Of a DNA stretch of 64,000 bases, positions 8,315 to 17,709 are shown piece after piece. Source of the stretch: Clostridia bacterium DTU065. GTDB taxonomy: Bacteria > Bacillota > DTU065. The notes below the pieces were generated by a model, which did no database searches, was not told where the DNA came from, and worked only from the letters and a program-made list of their open reading frames with translations. Each line of letters opens with the position of its first letter. Positions within the stretch are counted from its first letter, which is position 1. The translations under genes were made by a program, and so were the position numbers. Where the stretch lies: positions 22,242 to 86,241 of the forward strand of contig LFSI01000087.1 in the NCBI GenBank assembly GCA_001512545.1. Direction: 5' to 3'.

Positions 8315-10444
8315 CTAGTCTGGGATAGCAGCAAGCAGAGAGCTCAAAATAAAGCAGCCCGGAACGAGAAAGACCAATGCACCAGCTACAACTCCCGAAT
8401 CGTTGAAAGCCACCGCAAAAGATGCAGTGATCACTGTGAGAAGAAGCAGTTTCTGCAGTGCTTCCCCTTCTTGAGGAGGCTTTCTTGTTTCCTCTACAGG
8501 TCGGTGGAAAACCAATACCAGTCCCACAACAAAAACTATGAGGCCCTTTGTCCAGAGGGAGTACTGCCACAACCTGAGATTGGTTGCAAGCTTCCTGCAG
8601 ATGGTGTCCCAGATAACCTGAACCCCTCCTCCGGAGATAGCAAGAATAGTGCCGATAAGGTGTGACTGGCCTCTGAAGTAATCGGCTAGCACCCAGATCC
8701 CGAGAAAGACCGGCAGCGCCCAAAGATACGGGGCGAGCTTCTTTTTCAAAACTACCTTGATCCAGGCGAAAGCTGCAGCGATCATGGTTATCCCGCCGCC
8801 TACATTTGCACCGAATATGGGAAACGCGATGAGAACTACGCTAACAAGAAGCAGCACCGTCTGTGCGTGTTTTTTGCCCAACAAGAAACCTAAAAAGTAG
8901 CCGCTTACAAGAAGAAGCCCGGCGTAGTAGCCCATGTACTCGTTACCGATGCCGTAGAATCTAGCACCAGATTGAAAATCGTAACCGAAAACGGACCTGG
9001 AAATCAGCCTAGCGTCAAACACAACGTCCAGTGCAAGGCTGAAAAGCCCAAGACCTAAAAGTAGAGGCCATAGGAAGCCCAATCTCTTGGCCTTCAGGCT
9101 GAAAAAGCCCGAAGCAAAGGCAAGTGCAAGAAGCAGGAAAAACACCAAAAGGTAGAACCTTCCCGGAACAAGACCGGCAAAAAGCAGAAAAAAAGGCACT
9201 GCCGCTTCGCTGAAGAGCAGGACCCTAAGCAAAGCCCCTAGCTTCGCGATGGGAAAGAGAATAATGCAGACAAACGCTCCGATGATGGTGAGGATTAACA
9301 AAGAGATGTATACCTGATAGAACCTGGTTCTCAGTGTCTTTAAAATCGCAGAGTTTTCGTCAAGCTCGAGGAGGTACTCCACCACCTCTTCCCGGTCGGT
9401 TGCCCGAAACTCTAAAACCCCGGAACCGGGGTGGAAGGGGGCGGGACTGATCCCGGCCCAAGCCTCCAGGGTCGGTGCAAGATCTGTGAGGGTCACAAGT
9501 CCCGGCCTTTTGGTGGTTCCTGAGTAAAGGAGGGTTTCCCGAAGGCCTTCCCTGAAGACGGCAATGAATCCCAAACCATAGCCGTGTTTCCGCTGAAAAG
9601 CACTCTGTAGGGGAGAAAACAGGACAATCGTGTCTTCTTCGCCTGCAAGTCTCATCAGGTTATGCAAAAACAGCGCCGTCTTTGCCAATGCGTCCTTCCT
9701 GTGAGCTGCATAAGCTTCCGGGCTGAGGAAGCTTGCTACCGACTCAATCCGTTCGAAATCGCCTAGCTCCACCACGACCAAGTGAGCCGCTGTCTGCTGC
9801 AGGAGTTCGACGATTATCTCTATGTCCGCTTCAACACCGTAGGGCTTTAGAGGGTTCTCCCTTAGAGTCTCCCGGTTCTCTCCCTCTAGAATTACCCCTT
9901 GCATGTTAACCGCCATCAGGGCACCGGGATTAAAAGGTTCCTCTAAAGTGCCGCAGTTGCCGATGTAGGCTGTACCCAGGCCTCTTAGGTTCAGTACTGA
10001 GGCCAGAAGGCCTGGCGAAACTCGGTAGTAAAGTTCATTGTTCAAGTTGACTATCGCTGTAAAGTCCGGAAAAATCAGCGCTCCCGCAGGCAAGGAGCCT
10101 CTTGAGCGCTGGAGATAGATCGCTTCTGCAGTTTCTTGGCTTTCATTGTAATAATCCTGAGGCTTGTACACAGCTACAGGATCGGCAAGCCCCATAGCTC
10201 TCGCCCCGGCACCAGCGGTGGCATAGCCTGCAGAGAGATTGCCGTAGCTTCCAGTCTGCACATTTAAAAGTCCCAAAGCAGAACCGGACAAAAAACCCTT
10301 GAAGCTACTCTCGGCAAGTACCTCTCTGAGGGAAACATACGGCATGGTCACGAGGTAAACTTTGCATGTGGCATTCAGAGATAGCACCATAACCAAAAGG
10401 GCAACTATCAAGCAAATCCTCTGCAAACTCCTACCTCCATTCAT
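8315..10444 (-). CDS. Large polytopic membrane protein: N-terminal signal/TM, about 380-aa extracytoplasmic domain, then about 10 TM helices. Function unknown
   Basis: The start is reassigned to ATG at 10442-10444 (MNGGRSLQRICLIVALLVMVL) with GGAGG 7 nt upstream. This gives a 14-nt overlap with the upstream GT4 stop. The ORF-track start at 10567 would overlap 137 nt. Confidence 0.7.
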   Translation of the reverse strand: MNGGRSLQRICLIVALLVMVLSLNATCKVYLVTMPYVSLREVLAESSFKGFLSGSALGLLNVQTGSYGNLSAGYATAGAGARAMGLADPVAVYKPQDYYNESQETAEAIYLQRSRGSLPAGALIFPDFTAIVNLNNELYYRVSPGLLASVLNLRGLGTAYIGNCGTLEEPFNPGALMAVNMQGVILEGENRETLRENPLKPYGVEADIEIIVELLQQTAAHLVVVELGDFERIESVASFLSPEAYAAHRKDALAKTALFLHNLMRLAGEEDTIVLFSPLQSAFQRKHGYGLGFIAVFREGLRETLLYSGTTKRPGLVTLTDLAPTLEAWAGISPAPFHPGSGVLEFRATDREEVVEYLLELDENSAILKTLRTRFYQVYISLLILTIIGAFVCIILFPIAKLGALLRVLLFSEAAVPFFLLFAGLVPGRFYLLVFFLLLALAFASGFFSLKAKRLGFLWPLLLGLGLFSLALDVVFDARLISRSVFGYDFQSGARFYGIGNEYMGYYAGLLLVSGYFLGFLLGKKHAQTVLLLVSVVLIAFPIFGANVGGGITMIAAAFAWIKVVLKKKLAPYLWALPVFLGIWVLADYFRGQSHLIGTILAISGGGVQVIWDTICRKLATNLRLWQYSLWTKGLIVFVVGLVLVFHRPVEETRKPPQEGEALQKLLLLTVITASFAVAFNDSGVVAGALVFLVPGCFILSSLLAAIPD

Positions 10445-11438
10445 CGAGAAGCCTCCGCCACATATCCAAAACTCTAGACCAGTCGAACTCCTGCGCCTTC
10501 TCCCTTCCCCTCCTGCCATACTCTTCTCTGAGGGCGTGGTCGGAGGTAGCAAGCCTAAGAGCTTCAATGAACTTTTCTCGATCTCCTACAGGAAAGGCCA
10601 GGCCTACCTGACCGCCTTCGAGGAGATGTCCGACATCACCTGTGTCCGAGCCTATGACGCATAGGCCGCAGCTCAGGCCTTCAAGTACGGACAAAGGCAT
10701 GGCTTCGGTGTAGCTAGGAAGGACCATAATACTCCACCTGCAGATCACCTTCTCGGGATTTTGAACTACCCCCAAAAGCTGAACGTTTTTCGGCAGTACC
10801 CTCTTGCCGTACCCGTCGAGGTCTGGGCCTGCCAGCTCAAACTTCCAGTCGGGAAAGAGCTCTGCAGCGTGAAGCAGGAGATCCACACCTTTCTCCTTCC
10901 GGAGCCTCCCCAAAAAGCCGATGATCTGCTCTTTCTGCCCTGGTTTAAACAACTCTGTGTCCACACCGCTGGGAATCACCATAACGTTATCGAAAACGCA
11001 GCTTGCTTCCCTTTGCTGAGAGTGCGAAGCCACAACCACTTTAAGCAGATTTCGGACTCTGCTCTTTGCTTGATGCAACGCTGCCTGACGCAGGCCTTTC
11101 GTTCCCCACGGCGGAAAAACGGCGTTGTAGAGGGACAATATTACTGGGTTCTCTCTGGGATTGGCCACAAGAAAGCTCTTAAAGCCGTGGTAGAACACAA
11201 GGCCGTCACCGAGCCGTCTCTGGCTGAAAAAAGCCACCGGATCGAGGAGAGAAAGCTTGTCTGTTAAAGGCCAGTCTCTTACATTCACTCCTAGTCCCTT
11301 GGCACAGCTTACCACCTCTCTGCTTGCGGGATGAATCCACAGTTCTTGGCTGTGCCCGTCCTGAGCATAAGTCTCTAGAACCCGCTCCAATACTTTCAAC
11401 ATGCCACCTTGGGCAGGTCTTGTTAGATGGTAGATCAC
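10431..11438 (-). CDS. Glycosyltransferase family 4 (group 1)
   Basis: GT4 C-terminal domain motifs (EAMPLSVLEGLSCGLCVIGSDTGDVGHLLEGG). ATGA overlap with the upstream PNPOx-like gene. Confidence 0.85.
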   Translation of the reverse strand: MIYHLTRPAQGGMLKVLERVLETYAQDGHSQELWIHPASREVVSCAKGLGVNVRDWPLTDKLSLLDPVAFFSQRRLGDGLVFYHGFKSFLVANPRENPVILSLYNAVFPPWGTKGLRQAALHQAKSRVRNLLKVVVASHSQQREASCVFDNVMVIPSGVDTELFKPGQKEQIIGFLGRLRKEKGVDLLLHAAELFPDWKFELAGPDLDGYGKRVLPKNVQLLGVVQNPEKVICRWSIMVLPSYTEAMPLSVLEGLSCGLCVIGSDTGDVGHLLEGGQVGLAFPVGDREKFIEALRLATSDHALREEYGRRGREKAQEFDWSRVLDMWRRLLDEWR

Positions 11439-11890
11439 TGCGCCGTGTTTTCTAGCTCCAATCTCCTTTTACGCTTCTTGCCGTCTGGATAGTCTACCAC
11501 CACCATGTAGTTTGGGGTAAACTCCAGCAAAGTGAGATCCTCGTCGTGAGTGTAGGGACACCAGATCTCCGCTTTGTGGTGATCGTCTGTGCCTTTGGCG
11601 ATCTCGCGGGCACGTCCGAAGACCTGCACTCCCTGATAGATGCCGGCATCAAATGTATCCTTACCTTCGATGACCAAAAGACAAGCTTCTGGATTCTCGC
11701 TGAGGTTCGTCATCTTGTCTCCACCAAAGCAGTGGATGTAAACCTTTAACTCGTCTCCCATAAAAATGCTCACCGGGCTAACACGCAGGCCGGCAGATCC
11801 GTTGGTTGCCAGGAAGCCTGTGTTTTGAGTTGTAAGGAACTCATTTGCCTCCTGAAGGAGTTTCTTGTCCACAGTCTCCATTGTTACCAC
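11435..11890 (-). CDS. Pyridoxamine 5'-phosphate oxidase-family (FMN-binding split-barrel) protein
   Basis: About 150 aa with a split-barrel-like sequence. The start is taken as GTG at 11890, AGGAGG 8 nt upstream. The ORF-track ATG at 11929 lacks an RBS. Confidence 0.55.
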   Translation of the reverse strand: MVTMETVDKKLLQEANEFLTTQNTGFLATNGSAGLRVSPVSIFMGDELKVYIHCFGGDKMTNLSENPEACLLVIEGKDTFDAGIYQGVQVFGRAREIAKGTDDHHKAEIWCPYTHDEDLTLLEFTPNYMVVVDYPDGKKRKRRLELENTAQ

Positions 11891-11934
11891 AGCTATCGCC
11901 TCCTTTTTGCTAGTATAACCACCAGGCAAAAAGA

Positions 11935-11962
11935 AAAAGCCCTGGAAGGGCTCCAGGGCTTT
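11935..11962 (-). terminator. Rho-independent terminator after the sugar-phosphate isomerase gene
   Basis: The minus strand reads aaagccctggagcccttccagggcttttt cttttt. Confidence 0.6.
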
Positions 11963-11964
11963 GT

Positions 11965-12801
11965 TTAATCGTTGATAATTTTATCCAATGCTAGGGATGT
12001 GTAGTGGAGCAGAACCTCGGGGTGATACTTCATTGCGCCAAGTTCTGCAATGAGCCAGCCGTCGTAACCGATCTTCCGGAGAGATGCGGTAATCCTCGGC
12101 CAATCAAGATCTCCCTCAAGAAGGTTGCAGAAACCGTGGATGTTGCCGACGCTGAGTTTCCAGTCCTTGACGTGCACGCGATAGATCCGGTCGCCTAAAA
12201 TTTCAATCCAGTGATCCGGCCAGCCGTAAGCCTGTACGTTTCCTACATCGAAGTAGCTCTTTACGCATGGGCTGCCGATCTCGTCGACGAATCTTGCCAT
12301 CTCCAGCGGACTGACCAGGAACTTGTTCCAAACGTTTTCCACTGCCAGAATAACGTCTCTTTCCTCAGCTAGAGATGCCATCTCTGTAAGGACCTTCTTG
12401 GCGTTTTGGTACGCCTGATCGTACCTAGCTTCATTGCTCCAAAGGCCTCCGGGCACCATCAAAATCGCGTCGGTGTTGAACGTTTCGCAGATATCCAGGA
12501 GTTTCTCCAGCCTCTCGAGAGTAAGGTCGATGGTCTCGGCACTGGCATCTATCGCTATGTTGGGGAAGATCTCCACAGGCAGCACACTGGTGACCTCAAG
12601 GCCGGTGGCTTCGATCTCAGATGCCAAGTTCTCAAGCTCGCTCTTAGGGGTGTCGAGGGAGACCTCCCCACCTGACACTGTGACGTTTAGTTCTACCCCT
12701 TCAAACCCCGCAACTTTAGCTTCTCTCAGTCCGGTAATCAGGTCGTAGCTACCCGGAAGCAACCACCTGTTAAATGCCTTCTTCAATACAATCACTCCCA
12801 A
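11965..12801 (-). CDS. Sugar phosphate isomerase/epimerase (xylose isomerase-like TIM barrel)
   Basis: AP-endonuclease-2/TIM-barrel family pattern (VENVWNKF...HVKD). The start codon is uncertain (TTG/GTG near 12795-12801). Confidence 0.7.
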   Translation of the reverse strand: MGVIVLKKAFNRWLLPGSYDLITGLREAKVAGFEGVELNVTVSGGEVSLDTPKSELENLASEIEATGLEVTSVLPVEIFPNIAIDASAETIDLTLERLEKLLDICETFNTDAILMVPGGLWSNEARYDQAYQNAKKVLTEMASLAEERDVILAVENVWNKFLVSPLEMARFVDEIGSPCVKSYFDVGNVQAYGWPDHWIEILGDRIYRVHVKDWKLSVGNIHGFCNLLEGDLDWPRITASLRKIGYDGWLIAELGAMKYHPEVLLHYTSLALDKIIND

Positions 12802-12956
12802 CGCCTATTTTTTCCACCTGCCGAAATAATTCCATCATTCCCTCAGCTTTCCTGCTATATAGGGAAATTTCGTGGTTTTCCCGGGTAAACCTCCGTTTAT
12901 GGTTAAATTTCTAACCAAGATGCCAATGGGTGCAGGTCTCCCTGCACCCACTAACC

Positions 12957-14831
12957 TTACACCGCAGCTTGCGATGCTGTGAACTGACTGTTGTATAGTT
13001 CTGCGTAGAAGCCGTTTTTCTCGAGAAGCTCTTTGTGGGTTCCCTTCTCGATAATCTGACCGTGATTCATCACCAAGATCACGTCTGCATCCAAAATCGT
13101 GGACAGCCTGTGTGCAATGACGAAGTTGGTTCTGCCTTCCATCAAAGTCTTCATAGCCTTTTGAATCTGGACCTCTGTTCTGGTGTCGACGGAGCTGGTA
13201 GCCTCGTCGAGGATCAGGATCGCTGGGTCCGCCAGAATGGCTCTAGCTATGGTGAGCAGCTGCTTCTGACCTTGGGAGAGGTTTGATGCTTCCTCGTTTA
13301 GAACCGTGTCGTAGCCTTCAGGCAGCGTCCTGATGAAATGGTCGGCTCTAGCTGCAACTGCCGCTTGCACAATCTCTTCTTCAGTAGCGCCTTCTCTACC
13401 GTAGGCGATGTTGTCTAGAATGGTGCCGTTAAACAGCCAGGTGTCCTGCAGCACCATGCCAAAGACGCGTCTAAGGCCGCTTCTTGACATCTCTTTAATG
13501 TCCACTCCATCGATAGTAATTCTTCCACCGCGGAGCTCATAGAACCGCATGAGCAGGTTAACTAGAGTAGTCTTTCCTGCGCCTGTTGGTCCCACGATGG
13601 CCACTGTCTGACCGGATTTCACATCGATGTTTAGATCTTCAATCAAAGGTTTGTCTACTTCATAACTGAAGGTGACGTGCTCGAATCTAACATTGCCTTC
13701 CACGTCTTTTGGCTCCACCGCTTCTGGGCTGTCGGGAACCTCTTCTTCTTCATCCAGGATTTCAAAGACCCTTTCTGCTGAAGCTACTGTGGACTGGAGA
13801 ATATTGATAATATCCGCCGCACCGACGATAGGGTGGGTGAACTGTCTTGAGTACTGCAGGAAAGCTTGAATATCACCGATTTTGATTCTGCCCTTTGTAA
13901 CCATGACGCTTCCTACAATACAGATGATCACGTAGCCGACGTTGTTGATAAAGCCCATAATCGGACGAATTATGCCCGAAATGAACTGGGCCTTCCAGCC
14001 GGTATCGTACAGTTTCTCATTGATCTCTTCGAACTCGTCAATAGCCTTCTGTTCGTTGCTGTAAGCTTTGACAATCTTGTGCGCCCCGAAGGCCTCTTCA
14101 ATGTGGCCGTTAAGCTCGCCGAGAATGCGCTGCTGCAACACGAAGTACTTCTGGGATCTGGGGATGATGAACTTCGTCACCATCAGGGCTAGCGGCAAAC
14201 TGATCAGAGCGAGAAGCGTCATAGTCGGGCTGATGGTCAGCATCATCACCAATGTACCGACTAGAGTAATCAAAGATGAAAGTGCTTGGGTGATGCTCTG
14301 TTGGAGGGTAGAACTGATAGTGTCGACGTCGTTGATCACTCTAGAGAGGACTTCACCGTGGGTTCGCCCGTCGAAGTACTTCAGCGGTAGCTTGTTAAGT
14401 TTCTCGCTGATCTCCCGGCGTAGGTCCCTTACGGTCTTCTGGGAAATATCGGCCATCAGATACTGCTGCAGATAGCTGAATGCCGCGCTAAACACATATA
14501 GCGTTCCCAGCGTCACGAGTATTCGAGCAATCCTGCTGAAGTTCACCCCTGCATCGGTCATGATGCCGCCAAAGATCTCGGTTGTCGCCTCTCCCATGAG
14601 CTTAGGAGCGAAAATGCCGAAAACCGACGAGAGGACTGCGAGGATCAGTATGAAAACGATTTGAAGTTTGAAAGGCTTGAGATAGGTCAAAAGGCGCTTC
14701 AGCGAGCCCTTGAAGTCTTTGGCCTTTTCCACCGGTCTGCGCCCAGGACCAGGTCCGCCCGGACCTATCGGAGGACCTTGCGGCTTTCTGCCAGAGGCCG
14801 GACTTCCTTGCATTTTCCGTGTTTCACTCAT
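12957..14831 (-). CDS. ABC transporter ATP-binding/permease protein (type I exporter half-transporter, second of a pair)
   Basis: Six-TM domain plus NBD with Walker A GPTGAGKTT, signature LSQGQKQ and Walker B ILILDEATS. ATGA overlap with the upstream gene. About 35-aa Pro/Gly-rich N-terminal extension. Confidence 0.9.
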   Translation of the reverse strand: MSETRKMQGSPASGRKPQGPPIGPGGPGPGRRPVEKAKDFKGSLKRLLTYLKPFKLQIVFILILAVLSSVFGIFAPKLMGEATTEIFGGIMTDAGVNFSRIARILVTLGTLYVFSAAFSYLQQYLMADISQKTVRDLRREISEKLNKLPLKYFDGRTHGEVLSRVINDVDTISSTLQQSITQALSSLITLVGTLVMMLTISPTMTLLALISLPLALMVTKFIIPRSQKYFVLQQRILGELNGHIEEAFGAHKIVKAYSNEQKAIDEFEEINEKLYDTGWKAQFISGIIRPIMGFINNVGYVIICIVGSVMVTKGRIKIGDIQAFLQYSRQFTHPIVGAADIINILQSTVASAERVFEILDEEEEVPDSPEAVEPKDVEGNVRFEHVTFSYEVDKPLIEDLNIDVKSGQTVAIVGPTGAGKTTLVNLLMRFYELRGGRITIDGVDIKEMSRSGLRRVFGMVLQDTWLFNGTILDNIAYGREGATEEEIVQAAVAARADHFIRTLPEGYDTVLNEEASNLSQGQKQLLTIARAILADPAILILDEATSSVDTRTEVQIQKAMKTLMEGRTNFVIAHRLSTILDADVILVMNHGQIIEKGTHKELLEKNGFYAELYNSQFTASQAAV

Positions 14832-16561
14832 GCTAACTCCTCCTCAGACAGCTGGGATGCTACGATTTCCCGATAGACCGGCGATGTCTTTAGCAGTTCT
14901 TTGTGTCTACCAATACCCACAACTCTGCCCTGGTCCAGAACGATAATCTTGTCCGCATCCAAAACGGTGCTGACCCTCTGAGCCACGATCAGCTTCGTTG
15001 CGTCTTGGGTCTCTCTGCGAAGTGCGGCTCTCAGCTGTGCATCTGTTTTGAAATCCAGAGCGGAAAAGCTGTCATCAAAGATGTAGATTGCAGGCCGCCT
15101 CACCAGCGCCCTGGCGATAGAAAGCCTTTGCTTCTGGCCACCGGAGAAGTTGGTGCCTCCCTGAGCAACTACAGCTTCAAGGCCCTCTGGCAAGCCGAGA
15201 ACAAAGTCTTTAGCTTGGGCGATCTCCAAGGCTTTCAAGACCTCTTCGTCTGAAGCTGACTCATTGCCGTAGGTGATGTTATCCCTTACCGTTCCGGAAA
15301 ACAGCACCGGCTTTTGAGACACAAAGCCGATGAGATCTCTCAGGTCCTTCTGGTTCATCTCCCTGATGTCCACGCCGCCAACCAAAATCGCGCCGCTGCC
15401 TTCTTCCAAGTCGTAGAAGCGCATGATCAGGTTAAGAAGGGTGGACTTTCCCGATCCGGTGCCGCCGATGATGGCGACAGTTTCTCCTGGCTCAGCTGTA
15501 AAGCTTACATTCGAAAGGGCGGTATTTTCCGCTCCAGGATAGCTGAAAGTTACGTTTCTAAACTCCAGACTTCCAGGAGATGAGGCGGGCTTTTTCGGTG
15601 TTTCCGGATCGGTGAGCTTTTGCTCTTTAGTCAAGACCTCACTGACCCTTTCTACAGAAGCAGCAGCGCGGGGAATCATCACGAAGATCATGGAGACCAT
15701 CATCAGAGAAAACATGATGTGCATGATGTACTGGACAAAAGCCATCAGCTGCCCTACCTGCATCTGTCCGCTGTCAACTCTGATGGCACCAAACCAGATC
15801 ACGGCGATGGTGCCGAAGTTGAGGAGTAGCGTCATCAAAGGCATGAGGTAGGCCATGGTCTTGTGGACCTTAAGTGCGGTCTCTGTTAGGTCGAGATTGG
15901 CTGCGTTAAAGCGCTTCTTCTCGTACTCTTCTTTGTTAAAAGCCCGAATAACTCTGATTCCGGTGAGGCTCTCCCTGAGAACTAGGTTGAGTCCATCTAG
16001 TTTTTTCTGCAGGGACTGGAAGAGTGGCGTGGCTTTTTTTCCGATGAAGTACACTAAAAGTGCAAGAGCCGGTACGGCAAACACGATAACCAGCGAAAGC
16101 ACTGCGTCCTGCGAGACAGCCATAATGATACTGCCGAGAAACATCATGGGGGCAACCAGCATCATGCGCTGTCCCATAAGAACCAACTGTTGAAGCTGGG
16201 TAATGTCGTTTGTGGTTCTGGTAATTAACGATGAAGTTCCCAAATCGTTGAACTCGCTCACAGAGAGGTTTTCAACTTTGGTAAAGACGGCTTTACGCAA
16301 GTTTCTGCCAAAGCCCATAGCGACTTTGGAAGAAAAATAGCTTAAGCCTACGGCAAATCCTCCGTTTAAAAGGGTCATTGCGATCATGACGCTGCCGACT
16401 TTGAGAATGTACCCTAAATCGTTCTGTACGATGCCCACATCTACAATGCGGGACATTAAGGCCGGCAGATACAGGTCGGTAAGGGATCTGCCAAACACGA
16501 ACACCACGACCAATACGAGCATCTTACTGTATGGCTTAAGATACTTGGCGATTTCTTTCAT
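14828..16561 (-). CDS. ABC transporter ATP-binding/permease protein (type I exporter half-transporter, first of a pair)
   Basis: TMD plus NBD with GGTGSGKST, FSGGQKQRLSIARAL and IYIFDDSFSALD. Forms a heterodimeric exporter operon with the next gene. Confidence 0.9.
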   Translation of the reverse strand: MKEIAKYLKPYSKMLVLVVVFVFGRSLTDLYLPALMSRIVDVGIVQNDLGYILKVGSVMIAMTLLNGGFAVGLSYFSSKVAMGFGRNLRKAVFTKVENLSVSEFNDLGTSSLITRTTNDITQLQQLVLMGQRMMLVAPMMFLGSIIMAVSQDAVLSLVIVFAVPALALLVYFIGKKATPLFQSLQKKLDGLNLVLRESLTGIRVIRAFNKEEYEKKRFNAANLDLTETALKVHKTMAYLMPLMTLLLNFGTIAVIWFGAIRVDSGQMQVGQLMAFVQYIMHIMFSLMMVSMIFVMIPRAAASVERVSEVLTKEQKLTDPETPKKPASSPGSLEFRNVTFSYPGAENTALSNVSFTAEPGETVAIIGGTGSGKSTLLNLIMRFYDLEEGSGAILVGGVDIREMNQKDLRDLIGFVSQKPVLFSGTVRDNITYGNESASDEEVLKALEIAQAKDFVLGLPEGLEAVVAQGGTNFSGGQKQRLSIARALVRRPAIYIFDDSFSALDFKTDAQLRAALRRETQDATKLIVAQRVSTVLDADKIIVLDQGRVVGIGRHKELLKTSPVYREIVASQLSEEELA

Positions 16562-16623
16562 GTATTCTGCAGAGCAGTCAAACTTCGTGGTAAAGCTGAA
16601 GTTTGACTGACCCTTCCTCCCTC

Positions 16624-17058
16624 TTATTCCTTATTTCCACTAAAGTAACTGTAAATCTTGTCTATGATAGCTGCTAAAATCCGGCTATCCTCTTCTCCTA
16701 GGTACTCGGACATAGCAGTAAAGGTTGCCAGAAGTCTCTTGTCCGCTTCTTCTAAGACTTGGAAGCCCTTGGGCGTCAGCGAAACATCGACTACTCTCCT
16801 ATCATGCTTTCCGGTCCTGCGCTTAACAAAGCCCTTCTTTTCCAAGCTGTTAACCATCTGCGTCACCGTAGGCGATGCCAGATCCAAATCTCCGCTGATC
16901 TCGGAGATCGTCAGACTGCCCCGCTCGGAGCGGCGAATGCTATCTAGAACGGGTATTTCGCTATACCTCAGCCCTTCAATGGGAGCGGGCTTCCACCTGA
17001 TACGTTGGAATCTAGAAAAAGCCTTGTAAAGCCTTTGTGCACCTGTCTCAGAGTTCAT
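16624..17058 (-). CDS. MarR-family transcriptional regulator
   Basis: Winged-HTH MarR pattern (LTISEISGDLDLASPTVTQMVNSLEKKGFVKRRTGKHDRRVV). First gene of the ABC exporter operon. Confidence 0.85.
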   Translation of the reverse strand: MNSETGAQRLYKAFSRFQRIRWKPAPIEGLRYSEIPVLDSIRRSERGSLTISEISGDLDLASPTVTQMVNSLEKKGFVKRRTGKHDRRVVDVSLTPKGFQVLEEADKRLLATFTAMSEYLGEEDSRILAAIIDKIYSYFSGNKE

Positions 17059-17075
17059 CTTCCCACCTCCCCTTT

Positions 17076-17110
17076 ATTTAGGTAGTCTATCTATTTAATA
17101 TTACCTAATA
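17076..17110. promoter_or_regulatory. Inverted repeat ATTTAGGTA-N17-TACCTAAT in the marR promoter region (candidate MarR operator)
   Basis: Imperfect palindrome 18-52 nt upstream of the marR start. Confidence 0.3.
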
Positions 17111-17202
17111 GTACTCTTCCTAAACAGTGCTGTCAATAGAATTTGCGTGAATGTTTATGCCTCGCCCTCTCGGTGTGCATACTAGGTTTGGGAGGAGATT
17201 AC

Positions 17203-17643
17203 ATGGCTGAGAAAATCAAAGACATTATGACCACCAATGTTGTAACCTGCAAAACCGACGATACCATATTTGACCTTGCCACCAAGATGGTTGAACACGA
17301 CATTGGTTTTGTACCGATTAAAGAAGGAGAAAACCTGGTTGGAGTTGTTACAGACAGAGACCTGGTGATCAGGGGCTATGCGAACAAGCTAGACAGCTCC
17401 GCAGCTGCCGCTGAGGTCATGACAGACGGATGCATCTCCATTTCGCCTGATGCCACAGTTGATGAAGCATCCGAACTCATGGCGATGCACCAGATCCGGC
17501 GGCTGTGCGTGGTGGAAAAAGGCAAGCTTGTAGGCGTTTGTGCCATCGGGGATCTGGCGGTGAGGGACAAGTTTATGGAAGATGCCGGACATGCCCTGTC
17601 TGAGATCTCCGAGAAAGACCAAAGCACCACATATCTAAACTAG
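17203..17643 (+). CDS. CBS-domain pair protein
   Basis: Two CBS motifs. The start is reassigned to ATG at 17203 with GGAGGAG 5 nt upstream (the ORF track started at 17143). Confidence 0.8.
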   Translation: MAEKIKDIMTTNVVTCKTDDTIFDLATKMVEHDIGFVPIKEGENLVGVVTDRDLVIRGYANKLDSSAAAAEVMTDGCISISPDATVDEASELMAMHQIRRLCVVEKGKLVGVCAIGDLAVRDKFMEDAGHALSEISEKDQSTTYLN

Positions 17644-17650
17644 CTCCAAG

Positions 17651-17682
17651 AAAAAAAGGTATGCTGAAACAGCATACCTTTC
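17651..17682 (-). terminator. Terminator after serA (also lies between the convergent cbs and serA genes)
   Basis: Hairpin aaggtatgctg/cagcatacctt with a U8 run on the minus strand. Confidence 0.6.
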
Positions 17683-17709
17683 GACAAGATTGTGTTTTGT
17701 GGGGGGAAA

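Noticed and set aside
8256-8723. 155-aa minus-strand ORF overlapping the 3' part of the large membrane protein gene
   Set aside because: It lies in an alternative frame of a longer coherent TM-rich gene and has a Cys/Arg-rich junk-like composition.
10445-10567. ORF-track start (10567) for the large membrane protein
   Set aside because: It would overlap the upstream GT4 by 137 nt and encodes a non-hydrophobic, RBS-less leader. The internal ATG at 10444 has GGAGG and begins the signal/TM segment.
12925-12946. Hairpin gggtgcagg/cctgcaccc between the sugar isomerase gene and the ABC exporter gene
   Set aside because: No U-run follows it on either strand, so it is not a convincing intrinsic terminator. 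It could simply be an mRNA stability element.
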